Shown piece after piece: positions 1-10,879 of a DNA stretch of 64,000 nucleotides. How positions within the stretch are numbered: position 1 is the first letter of the stretch; every line of letters starts with the position of its first letter. The DNA comes from an uncultured Shewanella sp. GTDB lineage: Bacteria > Pseudomonadota > Gammaproteobacteria > Enterobacterales > Shewanellaceae. The translations under genes and the position numbers were made by a program. The notes under the pieces are model-generated. The model saw only the letters and a list, made by a program, of their open reading frames with translations. It did no database searches and was not told the DNA's origin. The stretch spans positions 1,382-65,381 of the forward strand of contig NZ_CANMWS010000011.1 in NCBI RefSeq assembly GCF_947501665.1, written 5' to 3'.

Positions 1-168
1 AACGATTGGCGCAACACCACCCGTTTGAACACCATTTGCTGACTCACTTGAGGTCGACCCATTGGTGCTTGTTGCATCGGTTTCAGTTTCCGATGTTGAA
101 CTACAAGCACTTACTGCCATAATAGGAAGTACTACCAACATCGCTTTAAAGAGCTTATTTAAATCCAT
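1..168 (-). CDS. pal: Peptidoglycan-associated lipoprotein Pal, N-terminal part only (the gene runs off the left edge)
   Basis: My reverse translation from the ATG at 166-168 gives MDLNKLFKAMLVVLPIMAVSACSSTSE..., a signal peptide with a lipobox (AVSAC). It lies directly downstream of tolB, as in the tol-pal operon. Confidence 0.7.
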   Translation of the reverse strand, partial: MDLNKLFKAMLVVLPIMAVSACSSTSETETDATSTNGSTSSESANGVQTGGVAPIV

Positions 169-195
169 CATTAAATCCTTAATCTTATAGTTTAG

Positions 196-1515
196 TTAGA
201 GAAATGGTGACCAAGAAGGCGATTTTACTTCCCCTTGTCCCATTGGTAATCTTGCTTTAAATCGCCCATCCATCGATACCGCGGCCAAAACTTGTTTGCC
301 TTGATAAGTCGTCCCATATATAACCATTGTGCCATTAGGCGCAATACTTGGAGACTCATCTAAGTGTGTCTCCGTCAACACTTGCATAAAACGGGTTTTT
401 AAATCCATTCTGGCAATATGAAATTTACCTTTTGTTCGATTAACAAATACAATGCCTCTTCCGTCAGGCATCACAGTTCCACCTAAATTCCATTCACCTT
501 CAAAGGTCAAACGGGAGATTTTTCCAGTGTCTAAATAAGCACGATATAACTGTGGCCTTCCCCCTCTCTCAGAAGTAAATAATAACGATTTACCATCTGG
601 AAACCATTTTGCTTCTGTATCAATCGCATAATGATTTGTGACGCGCTTTAAAGCCTTTGTTGCAATATCAACAATATAAATATCCGGTTGCCCATCTTTT
701 GACAGTGTAATCGCTAATTTCTTACCATCCGGTGAAAAAGCGGGTGCACCATTAATATTCGGATAGCTGGTCACTTTTGTTCTAGCCTGAGTATAAATAT
801 CTTGGATATAAATCTCAGATTTTTTATTTTCAAAACTCACATAGGCTAACTGTCTTCCATCTGGAGACCAACTAGGTGACATCAATGGCTCAGGTGAACG
901 TAAGAGCATTTGCTCATTAAAACCGTCGTAATCTGCAATCATTAAACGATAAGGAAACTTATCGCCATGCTTGACAACAACATAAGCAATACGCGTTAAA
1001 AAGGCCCCTTTAATTCCTGTCAATTTTTCATAAACAATATCACTGATCCTATGCGCATATTGCCTAAACTGTGCTTCAGAGATCACAGCCTCGCGGGTAT
1101 CAAGGAGCAAATCATTTTTTGTCGCCGTTGGATCCTGCTGAGCTTTAATTAAGTCTATCAAATCAAAACTAACTAAATATTGCCCAGCACCATAAGGTTT
1201 CACTGTACCCGCCACAACAGCTTCTGCACTCACTTTCCCCCAAGCAGCGGCATTAAAATCAATGATGCCAGATAATGCTTTTTGAGGTAGTCCAAATGTA
1301 TCAATTGGATGAAAGGTGCCACTGCGAGCCAGATCAGATGTCACAACATCTGAGATTTGTGAAGGAACAGGACCTTGTCCCTCCCATTTAAACGGCATAA
1401 CCACAATAGGACGTGCCGCATCAACCCCTTCGGTAATAACAATGTCCAATGCCGCCTTGACTGGGGCTGAACAAAGTACAAGTATTAAAACCAAATATTT
1501 TCCTAATACTTTCAT
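196..1515 (-). CDS. tolB: Tol-Pal system periplasmic protein TolB
   Basis: 439 aa with a signal peptide and repeated beta-propeller blades (SPDG..LAY/LAI/LLF motifs). It lies between tolA and pal. Confidence 0.95.
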   Translation of the reverse strand: MKVLGKYLVLILVLCSAPVKAALDIVITEGVDAARPIVVMPFKWEGQGPVPSQISDVVTSDLARSGTFHPIDTFGLPQKALSGIIDFNAAAWGKVSAEAVVAGTVKPYGAGQYLVSFDLIDLIKAQQDPTATKNDLLLDTREAVISEAQFRQYAHRISDIVYEKLTGIKGAFLTRIAYVVVKHGDKFPYRLMIADYDGFNEQMLLRSPEPLMSPSWSPDGRQLAYVSFENKKSEIYIQDIYTQARTKVTSYPNINGAPAFSPDGKKLAITLSKDGQPDIYIVDIATKALKRVTNHYAIDTEAKWFPDGKSLLFTSERGGRPQLYRAYLDTGKISRLTFEGEWNLGGTVMPDGRGIVFVNRTKGKFHIARMDLKTRFMQVLTETHLDESPSIAPNGTMVIYGTTYQGKQVLAAVSMDGRFKARLPMGQGEVKSPSWSPFL

Positions 1516-1524
1516 AAGAATCCT

Positions 1525-2463
1525 TTAATTAAACTTATCGGGAGACACAGTTAAGTTGATTTCTCTTAACTTTTCATAAACATCCGGTTCTGCAGAGACA
1601 GGTAAACGCCCGGCTTTTGTTATTGCAGTTTCTGCTGCACGACAGACCACATTATCACCACCCAATGTTTTCACTGCCGTGACAAAGCCATCTTTTGCCA
1701 AACGCACAAACACTTTACAACTTTTCCCTCTCATGGATTCGTTAGTGACTAAGTTACGTTCTATCGTGGCTTTAATCATCGCACGATATTTATTGACCTC
1801 TGACATTAGCTGTTTATTTTTAACACTTGACAGATTAGCTTGCTCTTTTGCTAATGCTTCTTGCATCATTTTTTCTTGTTCTTGCCGCGCTTTCTCTTCA
1901 GCTTGTCGCTTACGTTCAGCATCTGCTTTTCGTTTGCGTTCATCGGCAGCCTTTTTTGCAGCAGCTTCTTCTTGCTGACGTTTCTCTGCTGCTTGTTTAG
2001 CCGCAGCCTCAGCAGCTTGACGCTCTTTTTCCTTTTGTTTACGTTGCACCTCAGCTTGTTGTGCTTTTTCTAACTCTTGCTGTTGCTTCACTTTCGCCGC
2101 TTTTGCCGCCGCTAATGCTTGTTGTGTTTCTTTCTCTTTTTGTTGGCGTTGTTGCTCAAGTTTTTTGATTTTAAGTTGCTCTTGCTCTCTGTCCTTGCGC
2201 GCTTGATCAGCTTGACGTTCCAGCTCATCTTGACGTTGTTTTTCCTTACGTTCTGCCGCAAGTTTCTGAGCCTTCAATTTTTCAACTTGTTGAGTAACTT
2301 GTGACTGGTTCACAACAACCGCTTGCAATGCAGGTGCACTAGCTTGAGGCATCACTTCAGGTTTATCATCAAAATTGATATTCAACACCAACAACACAAT
2401 CACACCGATATGTATCGTTGCCGAAATAGAAATGGGTATACTTAACTTTGATTTTTCAGCCAC
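1525..2463 (-). CDS. tolA: Tol-Pal system protein TolA
   Basis: N-terminal TM helix, a long K/E/A/Q-rich helical domain and a C-terminal globular domain. It lies between tolR and tolB. Confidence 0.85.
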   Translation of the reverse strand: MAEKSKLSIPISISATIHIGVIVLLVLNINFDDKPEVMPQASAPALQAVVVNQSQVTQQVEKLKAQKLAAERKEKQRQDELERQADQARKDREQEQLKIKKLEQQRQQKEKETQQALAAAKAAKVKQQQELEKAQQAEVQRKQKEKERQAAEAAAKQAAEKRQQEEAAAKKAADERKRKADAERKRQAEEKARQEQEKMMQEALAKEQANLSSVKNKQLMSEVNKYRAMIKATIERNLVTNESMRGKSCKVFVRLAKDGFVTAVKTLGGDNVVCRAAETAITKAGRLPVSAEPDVYEKLREINLTVSPDKFN

Positions 2464-2901
2464 CTATTTCTCCTTTTGCGCATCAGTCATTAATCCAACC
2501 GAAGGCACTCCTGCATTTTGTAAGGTCACCATTAGTTGAATAACTTTCTCATAGGCAATACTTTTATCCGCTTTAACAACAACGGGTCTTTGGGGCTCTA
2601 ATTGAATAATAGCCGCCACTCTCACCGCTATTTCATCCAGACTCAGGGTCTGCCGATTACTGACACTCCCCACATCTAAATAATAATCACCTTGTGCATC
2701 AATCGATGCCACAACTGGCGGTTTACTGTCAGCGGGTAACGTTTCAGCTGCGCCTTGAGGCAAATCGACTTTCACTCCTTGTGTCACAATAGGGGCTGTG
2801 ACCATAAAAATAATCAAGAGTACCAACATAACATCGATATAAGGCACAACATTGATCTCAGCCACAGGACGACGACGTTTTCGTTGATAGCCTTGCTGCA
2901 T
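2464..2901 (-). CDS. tolR: Tol-Pal system protein TolR (ExbD/TolR family)
   Basis: 145 aa with a single TM helix and the INVVPYIDVMLVLLIIFM motif. Its stop abuts the tolA start. Confidence 0.9.
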   Translation of the reverse strand: MQQGYQRKRRRPVAEINVVPYIDVMLVLLIIFMVTAPIVTQGVKVDLPQGAAETLPADSKPPVVASIDAQGDYYLDVGSVSNRQTLSLDEIAVRVAAIIQLEPQRPVVVKADKSIAYEKVIQLMVTLQNAGVPSVGLMTDAQKEK

Positions 2902-3590
2902 TATCCTTTATCCTTTTCGCTATATGCTTGACGGTGCAATATGCTGGAGAACTCTTCCATAAAATTAGCATACGCCATTTCAATCTTCTCAACTTGAGTT
3001 GAAAAGCGATTATATGCAATTACAGCAGGAATAGCGGCAAATAATCCCATAGCTGTTGCAATTAACGCTTCAGCAATACCAGGAGCGACCATGGCCAACG
3101 TAGCATTTTCCACTGCACCCAATGCAATAAAAGAATTCATGATGCCCCATACTGTTCCAAACAAACCAATATAAGGACTTGTTGACCCTATCGTTGCCAA
3201 TAAAGGTAAATGAGTTTCTAAACTGTCCAACTCTCTAGACAGTGACACTCTCATTGCTCTATAACTCCCGTCCATCACCGCTTCTGGTACTCGACCGTTT
3301 AACTTACTTAATCTTGCATATTCTTTAAACCCAGTGACAAAGAGTAACTCAGTGCCAGTATTACTCTCTTGACGCGCGGAAAGCTCTTGATAAAGTTTAT
3401 TTAAATCTACACCGGACCAAAATTTATCTTCAAATTTTTCAGTTTGTACTTTTGCTGAGGTCAATAATTTACGTCGTTGTAAAATGACCCCCCACGACAC
3501 AACAGATAACGCCAGTAAGGTCAACATGACAAATTTAACCAGTAAACTGGCCTGTAAAAATAGACCAACTAAAGAGATATCAGCTTCCAC
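2901..3590 (-). CDS. tolQ: Tol-Pal system protein TolQ (MotA/TolQ/ExbB channel)
   Basis: 229 aa with 3 TM segments and the conserved [10 protein letters not shown] / [11 protein letters not shown] motifs. Confidence 0.93.
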   Translation of the reverse strand: MEADISLVGLFLQASLLVKFVMLTLLALSVVSWGVILQRRKLLTSAKVQTEKFEDKFWSGVDLNKLYQELSARQESNTGTELLFVTGFKEYARLSKLNGRVPEAVMDGSYRAMRVSLSRELDSLETHLPLLATIGSTSPYIGLFGTVWGIMNSFIALGAVENATLAMVAPGIAEALIATAMGLFAAIPAVIAYNRFSTQVEKIEMAYANFMEEFSSILHRQAYSEKDKG

Positions 3591-3996
3591 AGGAAAACTC
3601 CTTGATAATATTTTTCGGTATAGCTTTAGCTTTCATTTCAGATAATGAAATACAAGCCACTAAGATCATTGCTTTACAATACACAGTTCCCTCTTCATCA
3701 ACGAGTTGCTGCTCAAATAACAAAGAGGCACGATTAACCTTATTGACCTTGGTTTCCACTATTAAGTTCTGTTCTAATCTTGCTGGTTTACAAAAATCGA
3801 GTTCACTATGCTTAATGGCAAAAGCCAAATCATCGGCAAGCAAATCAGCTTGACTGATGCCAAGTTCATTTAACCACTGACTTCTTGCACGCTCAAAAAA
3901 CTTTAAGTAATTGGCATGGTAAACCACGCCACCTGCATCAGTATCTTCATAATAAATAAAAATGGGCCAGCGAAACATCACGTTAATAAATGCCAA
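3580..3996 (-). CDS. ybgC: Tol-pal-associated acyl-CoA thioesterase YbgC (4HBT hotdog fold)
   Basis: 138 aa with the [21 protein letters not shown] motif. It is the first gene of the tol cluster and overlaps the tolQ start by 11 nt. Confidence 0.85.
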   Translation of the reverse strand: MAFINVMFRWPIFIYYEDTDAGGVVYHANYLKFFERARSQWLNELGISQADLLADDLAFAIKHSELDFCKPARLEQNLIVETKVNKVNRASLLFEQQLVDEEGTVYCKAMILVACISLSEMKAKAIPKNIIKEFSCGS

Positions 3997-4455
3997 TCTA
4001 AGTAAAAAGAAAGGCCTACTATACCTAGCCTATCGCCAATTGTGAATGCTCAGGCAAAATCAGATGCAACAATACATAACAAAAGAAAAAGCCTAAAAAC
4101 ACCATAAAGATCCAAATAAGCCCCGACTTTAGTATAAATCAATAAGACGAATAATAGACTCAACAAATAAAACAACAACTTAGACTTTGGTATTGTTATT
4201 CTTCATCAAGGTTGGCAAAGTGAATGTAAGTAGAAAATACTGTATGAATTTTATTGGAAAACATTAATAAATTAATAACATTAATTTATTATCATGCCGG
4301 ATTAATAACATATAAAATAATTAAATATCATTTATTTATATGATATTAACTCACTTTTAGTGTGCATAACTCACCAATCCAACATTAGAATTACTAATCA
4401 ATAAATACAGTTTTTCTCGTTTGTTATTATTAGATGATAATACTATCATTATTGC

Positions 4456-4626
4456 GTTCTCAGGAAGTGTCTACTAGCAGAGATGAGAACATAGAGCATT
4501 ATGCTTTAGTGAATGATTATAGAAGTGTTTCCACAGCTTCTTGTGCATGACTTCCTTCCTTCAATTTGTTGATTGCAAAACATATTCTTGCAGCCCGCTG
4601 ATATTCAGCGGGCATTTTTATTTTTA
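4456..4626 (+). ncRNA. Candidate small RNA of about 170 nt, unassigned family; 5' end inferred
   Basis: Sigma70-like promoter: TTGTTA at 4421-4426, a 17-nt spacer, TATCAT at 4444-4449. A 5' hairpin (GTTCTCA...TGAGAAC, 4456-4490) and a strong intrinsic terminator (4593-4626) flank a region with no convincing ORF. A Fur-box-like palindrome at 4433-4453 overlaps the -10. Confidence 0.35.
4593..4626 (+). terminator. Rho-independent terminator
   Basis: GCCCGCTG-atat-tCAGCGGGC stem followed by a T-rich run (TTTTTATTTTT). Confidence 0.75.
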
Positions 4627-4819
4627 AAACCAAAAAATCAACTAAATTATCAAAAAGTAGAAATGGGTTTTACTTTTTAAGCATAGATTAAATAATTAAT
4701 TATCATTAACATCATCATTTAACTACACTAACAGACTATTTTTTACACTTTATTGATCGTTGCTTTTTTAAAATCAATAACTTTCAAGTTAATTTATTTT
4801 ACCTACTATCCCTTAATCA

Positions 4820-5686
4820 CTAAGATTTGATGATCTTTATCACGACTCGCCGATTTTTATCCCTTTCCTCAATACTGCGATTAGAAGCCACTTGCCGCTT
4901 TTCACCATGAGCAAATGTCACAATACGATCATTATCAATTCCACTTGCAACCAATATCGCTTTAAGAGAATCAGCTCTATCTTGGGATAATGTTTGATTG
5001 TATTGCCGAGAGCCATAGCTGTCGCTATAGGCATCAATTAAAACCAACTCAACACTTGGGTCAACAGCCAAATAGGCATTAACTCGCGCTAACTGATGTT
5101 GAGCCATGTCTGTTAATTGATCACTACCAGAGCGGTAAGATAAAACTGTAAAAGCGATATCTTCAAATGAATACGGTAATAATTGAGATACACAAGCTCT
5201 AAAGGATTCATATGTCGACTTAAAATTAGCTGATGATAACCCTACGCTCACTCTATCTTGCTTGTTATACCAATCCAAATAAGAAAATGTTGGCTGCATA
5301 CCTGAATTAAGTTGAGCTAACATACTCCAAGCTAAACCATCTAATAACTCACCATTAAAAGAAGGATAAAAATCTAATTCAGCCAAGACTTGTCCCACGG
5401 TGCCAGGACGCCATTTAGGCGCCATACTCTGTAACTGTACTTTGGTCAATTTACTGGGTTTAACCCACATATCTAACGTAAAGTTAAGATTACTTTTTTT
5501 ATTGGCCTGACTGGTAAATATGGCTTTTCCATAGGCAGGAATATCATGGATTAATTGACACGATAACGGGTTATTAAGACTTAACTGCCACTGGGCCGTA
5601 TCAATATCAGCAACAAATGTTCTCAATTGAGCTTTAACTGAAAAAGCGCAACATAGTATAACAGCTAACAATATACGCCATCGCAT
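4820..5686 (-). CDS. motY: Sodium-type flagellar motor T-ring protein MotY (C-terminal OmpA-like domain)
   Basis: 288 aa with a signal peptide and a C-terminal OmpA/peptidoglycan-binding domain (NQTLSQDRADSLKAIL...). Size and the neighbouring rnt match my recollection of Vibrio motY. Confidence 0.75.
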   Translation of the reverse strand: MRWRILLAVILCCAFSVKAQLRTFVADIDTAQWQLSLNNPLSCQLIHDIPAYGKAIFTSQANKKSNLNFTLDMWVKPSKLTKVQLQSMAPKWRPGTVGQVLAELDFYPSFNGELLDGLAWSMLAQLNSGMQPTFSYLDWYNKQDRVSVGLSSANFKSTYESFRACVSQLLPYSFEDIAFTVLSYRSGSDQLTDMAQHQLARVNAYLAVDPSVELVLIDAYSDSYGSRQYNQTLSQDRADSLKAILVASGIDNDRIVTFAHGEKRQVASNRSIEERDKNRRVVIKIIKS

Positions 5687-5877
5687 ATCAACACACCTTT
5701 ATTATCAAATAATATATTCTATCGACTCTACTATCGATAACTTTAGACAAGCAGCATTTCAAGTCACGATTTTCATCACGCATGACAATCATCCCTTTTA
5801 CCCACGCTAAAAACATGCATTTTCAAGTCGCTTAGGGATAGGTATAATGCCACCAGATAAATAATTAGGATAAATGC

Positions 5878-6564
5878 ATGACTGATATTTGCGACGCGCA
5901 TAAAATGAAACACCGCTTTAGAGGCTACTTTCCTGTTGTCATCGACGTAGAAACAGCAGGATTTAATGCTCAAACGGATGCGTTGCTAGAAATAGCGGTA
6001 ACGCTATTAAAAATGGATAATGAAGGTAACTTAATCTTAGATAAAACACTGCATTACCATATAGAGCCTTTTGAAGGAGCGAACCTAGAACCTGAAGCAT
6101 TAGCCTTTAATGGTATCGATCCCACCAATCCACTTCGAGGCGCAGTAGATGAAAAACAAGCCTTTTTAGACATTTTCAAAGAAGTGAAAAAAGCACAAAA
6201 AGCCGCTGATTGTCATCGCAGTATCATTGTTGCCCATAACGCGGCCTTTGATCATGGTTTTGTCACCAAAGCCATAGAACGTAACGGATTAAAGCGCACA
6301 CCTTTTCATCCTTTCGCCACTTTCGATACCGCCACTCTTGCAGGACTTGCAATTGGGCATACTGTATTAGCAAAAGCCTGTAGTATGGCTGGAATTGCAT
6401 TTGATAATAAACAAGCCCATTCTGCTTTATATGATACGGAGCGAACCGCAGAACTATTTTGTCTTATTGTGAATCGTTGGAAGAGTTTAGGTGGCTGGCC
6501 CTTAATCGATGAGTCTCAAGAAAATAAAGCTGTAACCACCGAAGAATCCCTAAACGAAGCGTAA
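5878..6564 (+). CDS. rnt: Ribonuclease T
   Basis: The [29 protein letters not shown]-terminal DEDDh exonuclease motif is nearly identical to E. coli RNase T. Confidence 0.93.
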   Translation: MTDICDAHKMKHRFRGYFPVVIDVETAGFNAQTDALLEIAVTLLKMDNEGNLILDKTLHYHIEPFEGANLEPEALAFNGIDPTNPLRGAVDEKQAFLDIFKEVKKAQKAADCHRSIIVAHNAAFDHGFVTKAIERNGLKRTPFHPFATFDTATLAGLAIGHTVLAKACSMAGIAFDNKQAHSALYDTERTAELFCLIVNRWKSLGGWPLIDESQENKAVTTEESLNEA

Positions 6565-6627
6565 GAGATTACTGAGTCATCACTTATGATTCAGTTTAAC
6601 TCAACGATACTCGATAAAATAAATGCA

Positions 6628-6661
6628 TAAAAAAAGCTGCGATTATCGCAGCTTTTTTTTA
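6628..6661. terminator. Bidirectional intrinsic terminator between convergent rnt and the peroxiredoxin gene
   Basis: AAAAAAA-AGCTGCGAT-t-ATCGCAGCT-TTTTTTTT. Confidence 0.8.
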
Positions 6662-6692
6662 TGCTATTTAACGTTCTTTATATCAAGTCGCT

Positions 6693-7298
6693 TTATAGCT
6701 CGTCAGCATTATTACTTAGGTAAGATGCTACACCTTCTGGGCTTGCATCCATACCTTTGTCACCTTTTTCCCAACCCGCAGGACATACGTCGCCATGCTC
6801 TTCGTGGAATTGAAGTGCATCGATCATACGTAGCATTTCATCAACATTACGTCCAAGTGGTAAATCGTTCACCACTTGATGACGAACTTGACCTGCCTTA
6901 TCAACAAGGAAAGAACCACGGAAAGCCACACCAGCTTCAGGATGTTCAACATCATAAGCCTTACAGATCTCATGCTTAACATCTGCAACTAAAGTGTATT
7001 TCACTTGCCCAATACCACCTTGATCAACAGGGGTATTACGCCATGCATTATGCGTAAATTGTGAATCAATCGATACGCCAATTACTTCGACACCACGTTT
7101 AGTGAATTCTTCAATACGGTGATCAAAAGCGATCAACTCTGAAGGACAAACAAAAGTAAAGTCAAGTGGATAGAAAAAGATCACCGCTGGCTTACCTTTA
7201 ATAGCTTCGCTTAAGTTAAAGCTATCAACAATTTCACCATTACCAAGTACTGCTGCTGCAGTAAAATCAGGTGCTGAACGGCCTACTAATACACTCAT
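6693..7298 (-). CDS. 2-Cys peroxiredoxin (AhpC/Prx1 family)
   Basis: 201 aa with the FFYPLDFTFVCPSE peroxidatic Cys motif and a C-terminal resolving Cys (GDVCPAGW). Confidence 0.9.
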   Translation of the reverse strand: MSVLVGRSAPDFTAAAVLGNGEIVDSFNLSEAIKGKPAVIFFYPLDFTFVCPSELIAFDHRIEEFTKRGVEVIGVSIDSQFTHNAWRNTPVDQGGIGQVKYTLVADVKHEICKAYDVEHPEAGVAFRGSFLVDKAGQVRHQVVNDLPLGRNVDEMLRMIDALQFHEEHGDVCPAGWEKGDKGMDASPEGVASYLSNNADEL

Positions 7299-7457
7299 TT
7301 TATGTCTCCATCTATGGATTGAATAAGATCATCTACAAAAAGCTACAGGCATTATAGGCAGTGTATGGCAAGGTACAACCTATTTGAGGCCAATATCGAT
7401 AAATTTAAATTTAAATCTCCTTTATGTGAACAAATAGCCATCATTTTATCCTCACAT

Positions 7458-7492
7458 AAATAGAGGAAATAGAGGAAATAGAGGAAATAGAG
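7458..7492. repeat. 9-bp tandem repeat (AAATAGAGG), about 3.9 copies
   Basis: Read directly from the sequence. It lies in the divergent promoter region between the peroxiredoxin and antiporter genes. Confidence 0.9.
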
Positions 7493-7611
7493 CTTATAAC
7501 AGCTAAGTTATGATCTTTATATGTAAACAACAAATCATAAGCACTGGACAAGTGATAAATAGTCGTCACACTATAAGGCTTTTCGTCACTCAAACAATAA
7601 GAAAGAAGCTT

Positions 7612-8931
7612 ATGAATGCCGTTGTGATTGCCGTTTGTTTAATGTTGGTGCTTAGTGTCGCCAGAGTTAATGTTGTTATCGCATTAACCGTCAGTGCGCT
7701 TGTCGCCGGACTGGTCGGGGGAATCGATTTACAACATACTGTTGATGCCTTCAATACAGGCTTAGGCGGGGGGGCCCAAATTGCCTTAAGTTATGCATTA
7801 TTAGGTGCATTTGCCGTTGCACTCTCACATTCAGGATTAACCACATTAATTTCACAAAAAGTCATTAATGCCTTAGGTAAAGAGCAAAACTCCTCCAACC
7901 TAACAACCGTGCGCTGGGGATTATTATTGGCCATTCTTGCCATGGCTATTTCTTCACAAAATCTCATTCCAATTCATATTGCTTTCATTCCTATTTTGAT
8001 CCCCCCTTTGCTACATGTTATGTCTAAGTTACACCTTGATAGAAGACTTGTTGCTTGTGTGATAACATTTGGTTTGGTCACCACTTATATGATTATCCCA
8101 GTAGGGTTTGGCGGGATTTTCTTAAACAATATTCTTCTAGCCAACCTCAATAATAATGGTCTTCATGCTGTACGCGAACAAATACCTGCCGCTATGTTAC
8201 TGCCTGCCATAGGTATGATTGTAGGTTTACTCATCGCGGTGTTTATTAGCTATCGAAAACCAAGAGAGTATAGTGAGTCTGCGATTTTAAAAGCTGAACC
8301 TGAAGAAAAAGTACAAAAAAAGAATATTATGATTGCTATCGCAGCAATTGTGTCCGCGCTTACGGTACAACTTTATACAGGTTCAATGATTTTTGGCGCA
8401 TTAATGGGTTTTATCATTTTCAGTTTTTCTGGTGCATTAAAGCATGTAGCCGATCAAGATATTTTTAATCAAGGTGTCCGTATGATGGCCAATATTGGCT
8501 TCATCATGATCTCGGCGGCAGGCTTTGCCGCAGTTATTAAAGCCACTGGCGATGTCAATACACTCGTGGCCTCACTACATGAAATCATCGGGAATAATAA
8601 ACCTCTTGCAGCCTTTTTAATGTTATTGGTTGGACTATTGATCACTATGGGAATCGGCTCATCATTTTCAACTATTCCGATTATCGCAACAATTTATGTC
8701 CCTCTGTCATTAGGCTTTGGTTTCTCTGTACCAGCAACCATAGCATTGGTGGGAACCGCAGCAGCATTAGGCGATGCAGGCTCACCAGCCTCTGACTCGA
8801 CCTTAGGTCCCACTGCAGGTTTAAACGCAGACGGACAACACGATCATATCAATGACAGTGTGATCCCCACCTTTATCCACTACAACATTCCATTACTGGT
8901 TTTTGGTTGGATTGCAGCTATGGTGCTCTAG
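7612..8931 (+). CDS. Na+/H+ antiporter-family membrane transporter (YuiF/NhaC-like)
   Basis: Polytopic membrane protein. I moved the start to the ATG at 7612 ([11 protein letters not shown]...), because the 34 upstream codons of the tracked ORF look non-native. Confidence 0.7.
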   Translation: MNAVVIAVCLMLVLSVARVNVVIALTVSALVAGLVGGIDLQHTVDAFNTGLGGGAQIALSYALLGAFAVALSHSGLTTLISQKVINALGKEQNSSNLTTVRWGLLLAILAMAISSQNLIPIHIAFIPILIPPLLHVMSKLHLDRRLVACVITFGLVTTYMIIPVGFGGIFLNNILLANLNNNGLHAVREQIPAAMLLPAIGMIVGLLIAVFISYRKPREYSESAILKAEPEEKVQKKNIMIAIAAIVSALTVQLYTGSMIFGALMGFIIFSFSGALKHVADQDIFNQGVRMMANIGFIMISAAGFAAVIKATGDVNTLVASLHEIIGNNKPLAAFLMLLVGLLITMGIGSSFSTIPIIATIYVPLSLGFGFSVPATIALVGTAAALGDAGSPASDSTLGPTAGLNADGQHDHINDSVIPTFIHYNIPLLVFGWIAAMVL

Positions 8932-8951
8932 TAAAGAATAAAACACGCAAT

Positions 8952-8979
8952 AAAAAAGGGAGCATCAGCTCCCTTTTTT
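8952..8979. terminator. Bidirectional intrinsic terminator (antiporter / upp)
   Basis: AAAAAA-GGGAGC-atc-aGCTCCC-TTTTTT. Confidence 0.8.
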
Positions 8980-9003
8980 ATTGCTCAACAAGATGGATGA
9001 GGA

Positions 9004-9630
9004 TTATTTAGTCCCGAAAATTTTATCGCCAGCATCACCCAGCCCCGGTAAAATATAACCTTGTTCATTAAGACAATCATCAATTGCCGCAGTATAAAGT
9101 TCAACATCAGGATGCGCCTCTGCTAATGCAGCCACTCCTTCAGGCGCTGCAACCAATACTAAGGCTTTGATGGCTGTACAACCCCTGTCTTTTAGTAAGT
9201 CAATCGTCGAGATCATCGAGCCCCCCGTCGCAAGCATGGGATCAACCACCAAAGCAATACGCTCATGTATATGACTGGCTAGCTTTTCAAAGTAAGGAAC
9301 AGGCTGCAATGTTTCTTCATCACGATACATACCCACCACCGAAATTCTGGCACTCGGTAGGTGCTCTAATACACCATCCATCATACCAAGACCCGCACGT
9401 AAAATTGGAACCACAGTTACTTTTTTACCTTTGATTTGCTCAACACTGACCGGTCCATTCCACCCCTCAATGGTCACTGTTTCCGTTTCAAAATCCGCTG
9501 TTGCCTCATAAGTTAATAAACTACCCACTTCAGCGGCTAGCTCACGAAAACGTTTAGTACTGATCTCACCTTCGCGCATCAATCCGACTTTATGGCGCAC
9601 TAAAGGGTGCTTGACTTCAACGACTTTCAT
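9004..9630 (-). CDS. upp: Uracil phosphoribosyltransferase
   Basis: [19 protein letters not shown] start and the PRTase motif [13 protein letters not shown]. The tracked ORF has a spurious 56-codon N-terminal extension. Confidence 0.95.
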   Translation of the reverse strand: MKVVEVKHPLVRHKVGLMREGEISTKRFRELAAEVGSLLTYEATADFETETVTIEGWNGPVSVEQIKGKKVTVVPILRAGLGMMDGVLEHLPSARISVVGMYRDEETLQPVPYFEKLASHIHERIALVVDPMLATGGSMISTIDLLKDRGCTAIKALVLVAAPEGVAALAEAHPDVELYTAAIDDCLNEQGYILPGLGDAGDKIFGTK

Positions 9631-9838
9631 ACTCTTAATCCTCATTTTATTGATATTTGAGACAACAAATTTGTACAATCTTAGTGTATTTGTTCTCGTT
9701 CTAAAACATATAATTTTCATATATAGGCCCTTATCACGCTTTAAAACACCAAACATGCCTTTCGAGCTATCTCGCAAACTGGTAGAATGGCGCCGCATAA
9801 AATCCTATAACGATGTACCCGTACCTGAGAGGATCTTC

Positions 9839-10879
9839 GTGAGCACTCCAACTACTCCATTGAGCTACAAAGACGCAGGTGTCGATATTGATGCCGGAAA
9901 TGCACTTGTCGATAACATAAAATCTGCAGTTAAACGCACTCATCGCCCCGAGGTCATGGGCAACTTAGGTGGCTTTGGCGCCCTATGTGAACTCCCAACT
10001 AAATATAAACATCCTGTACTTGTATCTGGCACTGATGGTGTAGGAACAAAGCTCAGATTGGCTATTGATCATAAAAAACACGACAGTGTAGGCGTTGATC
10101 TGGTTGCCATGTGTGTCAATGATTTGATTGTATCGGGCGCTGAGCCTTTATTTTTTCTTGACTATTATGCCACCGGTAAATTAGATGTCGCCACTGCAAC
10201 CTCTGTTGTCAATGGCATTGCTGAAGGCTGTCATCAATCTGGCTGCGCACTGATTGGCGGAGAAACCGCTGAAATGCCGGGTATGTATGAAGGCGAAGAT
10301 TACGACTTAGCAGGTTTTTGTGTTGGTGTGGTCGAAAAAGAAGATGTCATTGACGGTAGTAAAGTAAAAGCAGGTGATGCACTTATCGCATTAGCCTCAA
10401 GTGGCCCTCATTCCAATGGGTTTTCACTCATTCGTAAAGTTCTCGAAGTCAGTGGTGTTGACCCACTCACTCTTTTAGAGGATAAACCTTTAATCGACCA
10501 CTTAATCGAACCTACCAAAATTTATGTTAAACCCTTGCTAAAACTTATCGATGCATCCGATGTCCATGCAATGGCTCACATCACTGGCGGTGGTTTCTGG
10601 GAAAATATCCCTCGCGTATTACCCGATGATTGCAAAGCCATCATTCAAGGCCAATCTTGGCAATGGCCAACCATCTTTCATTGGTTAATGCAACAAGGTA
10701 ATATCAGCGAATTTGAAATGTACCGTACTTTTAATTGTGGTGTCGGTATGCTCATTGCTTTACCTGAAGATAAAGTTGACACTGCACTTGCATTATTAGC
10801 TGAAGAAGGCGAACAAGCTTGGCTTATGGGTCATATTGCACATCGTCAAGCCGATGATGAGCAAGTGGAGATAATTTAA
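9839..10879 (+). CDS. purM: Phosphoribosylformylglycinamidine cyclo-ligase (AIR synthetase)
   Basis: ...[17 protein letters not shown]... aligns with the E. coli PurM N-terminus. A GTG start at 9839 is preceded by GAGAGGA. The gene is divergent from upp, as in E. coli. Confidence 0.93.
   Translation: MSTPTTPLSYKDAGVDIDAGNALVDNIKSAVKRTHRPEVMGNLGGFGALCELPTKYKHPVLVSGTDGVGTKLRLAIDHKKHDSVGVDLVAMCVNDLIVSGAEPLFFLDYYATGKLDVATATSVVNGIAEGCHQSGCALIGGETAEMPGMYEGEDYDLAGFCVGVVEKEDVIDGSKVKAGDALIALASSGPHSNGFSLIRKVLEVSGVDPLTLLEDKPLIDHLIEPTKIYVKPLLKLIDASDVHAMAHITGGGFWENIPRVLPDDCKAIIQGQSWQWPTIFHWLMQQGNISEFEMYRTFNCGVGMLIALPEDKVDTALALLAEEGEQAWLMGHIAHRQADDEQVEII

Noticed and set aside
1316-2304. Plus-strand ORFs antisense to tolB and tolA (1316-1528, 1679-1978, 1861-2073, 2119-2304).
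   Set aside because: They are low-complexity mirror frames of the K/E/A/Q-rich tolA region and of tolB, inside well-supported genes.
4456-4626. Identification of the sRNA candidate as RyhB.
   Set aside because: I could not find the conserved RyhB core (GCACGACATTGCTCACATTGCTTCC, as I recall it). Only the Fur-like operator is suggestive, so it remains an unassigned candidate.
9760-9800. PurR operator upstream of purM (TCGCAAACTGGTAGAA).
   Set aside because: Only the GCAAAC half-site matches, and the second half of the 16-bp palindrome ACGCAAACGTTTGCGT is absent. The segment is more likely part of an extended -10 promoter (TGGTAGAAT).
9611-9838. Long N-terminal extensions in the tracked ORFs of purM (from 9611), upp (to 9798), the antiporter (from 7510), ppiC (to 33300), ybaB (to 57248) and the Big-domain lipoprotein (to 48697).
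   Set aside because: Alignment from memory with E. coli orthologues, together with signal-peptide or SD positions, supports the shorter starts given in the feature list. The ORF track also accepts TTG/GTG as M.
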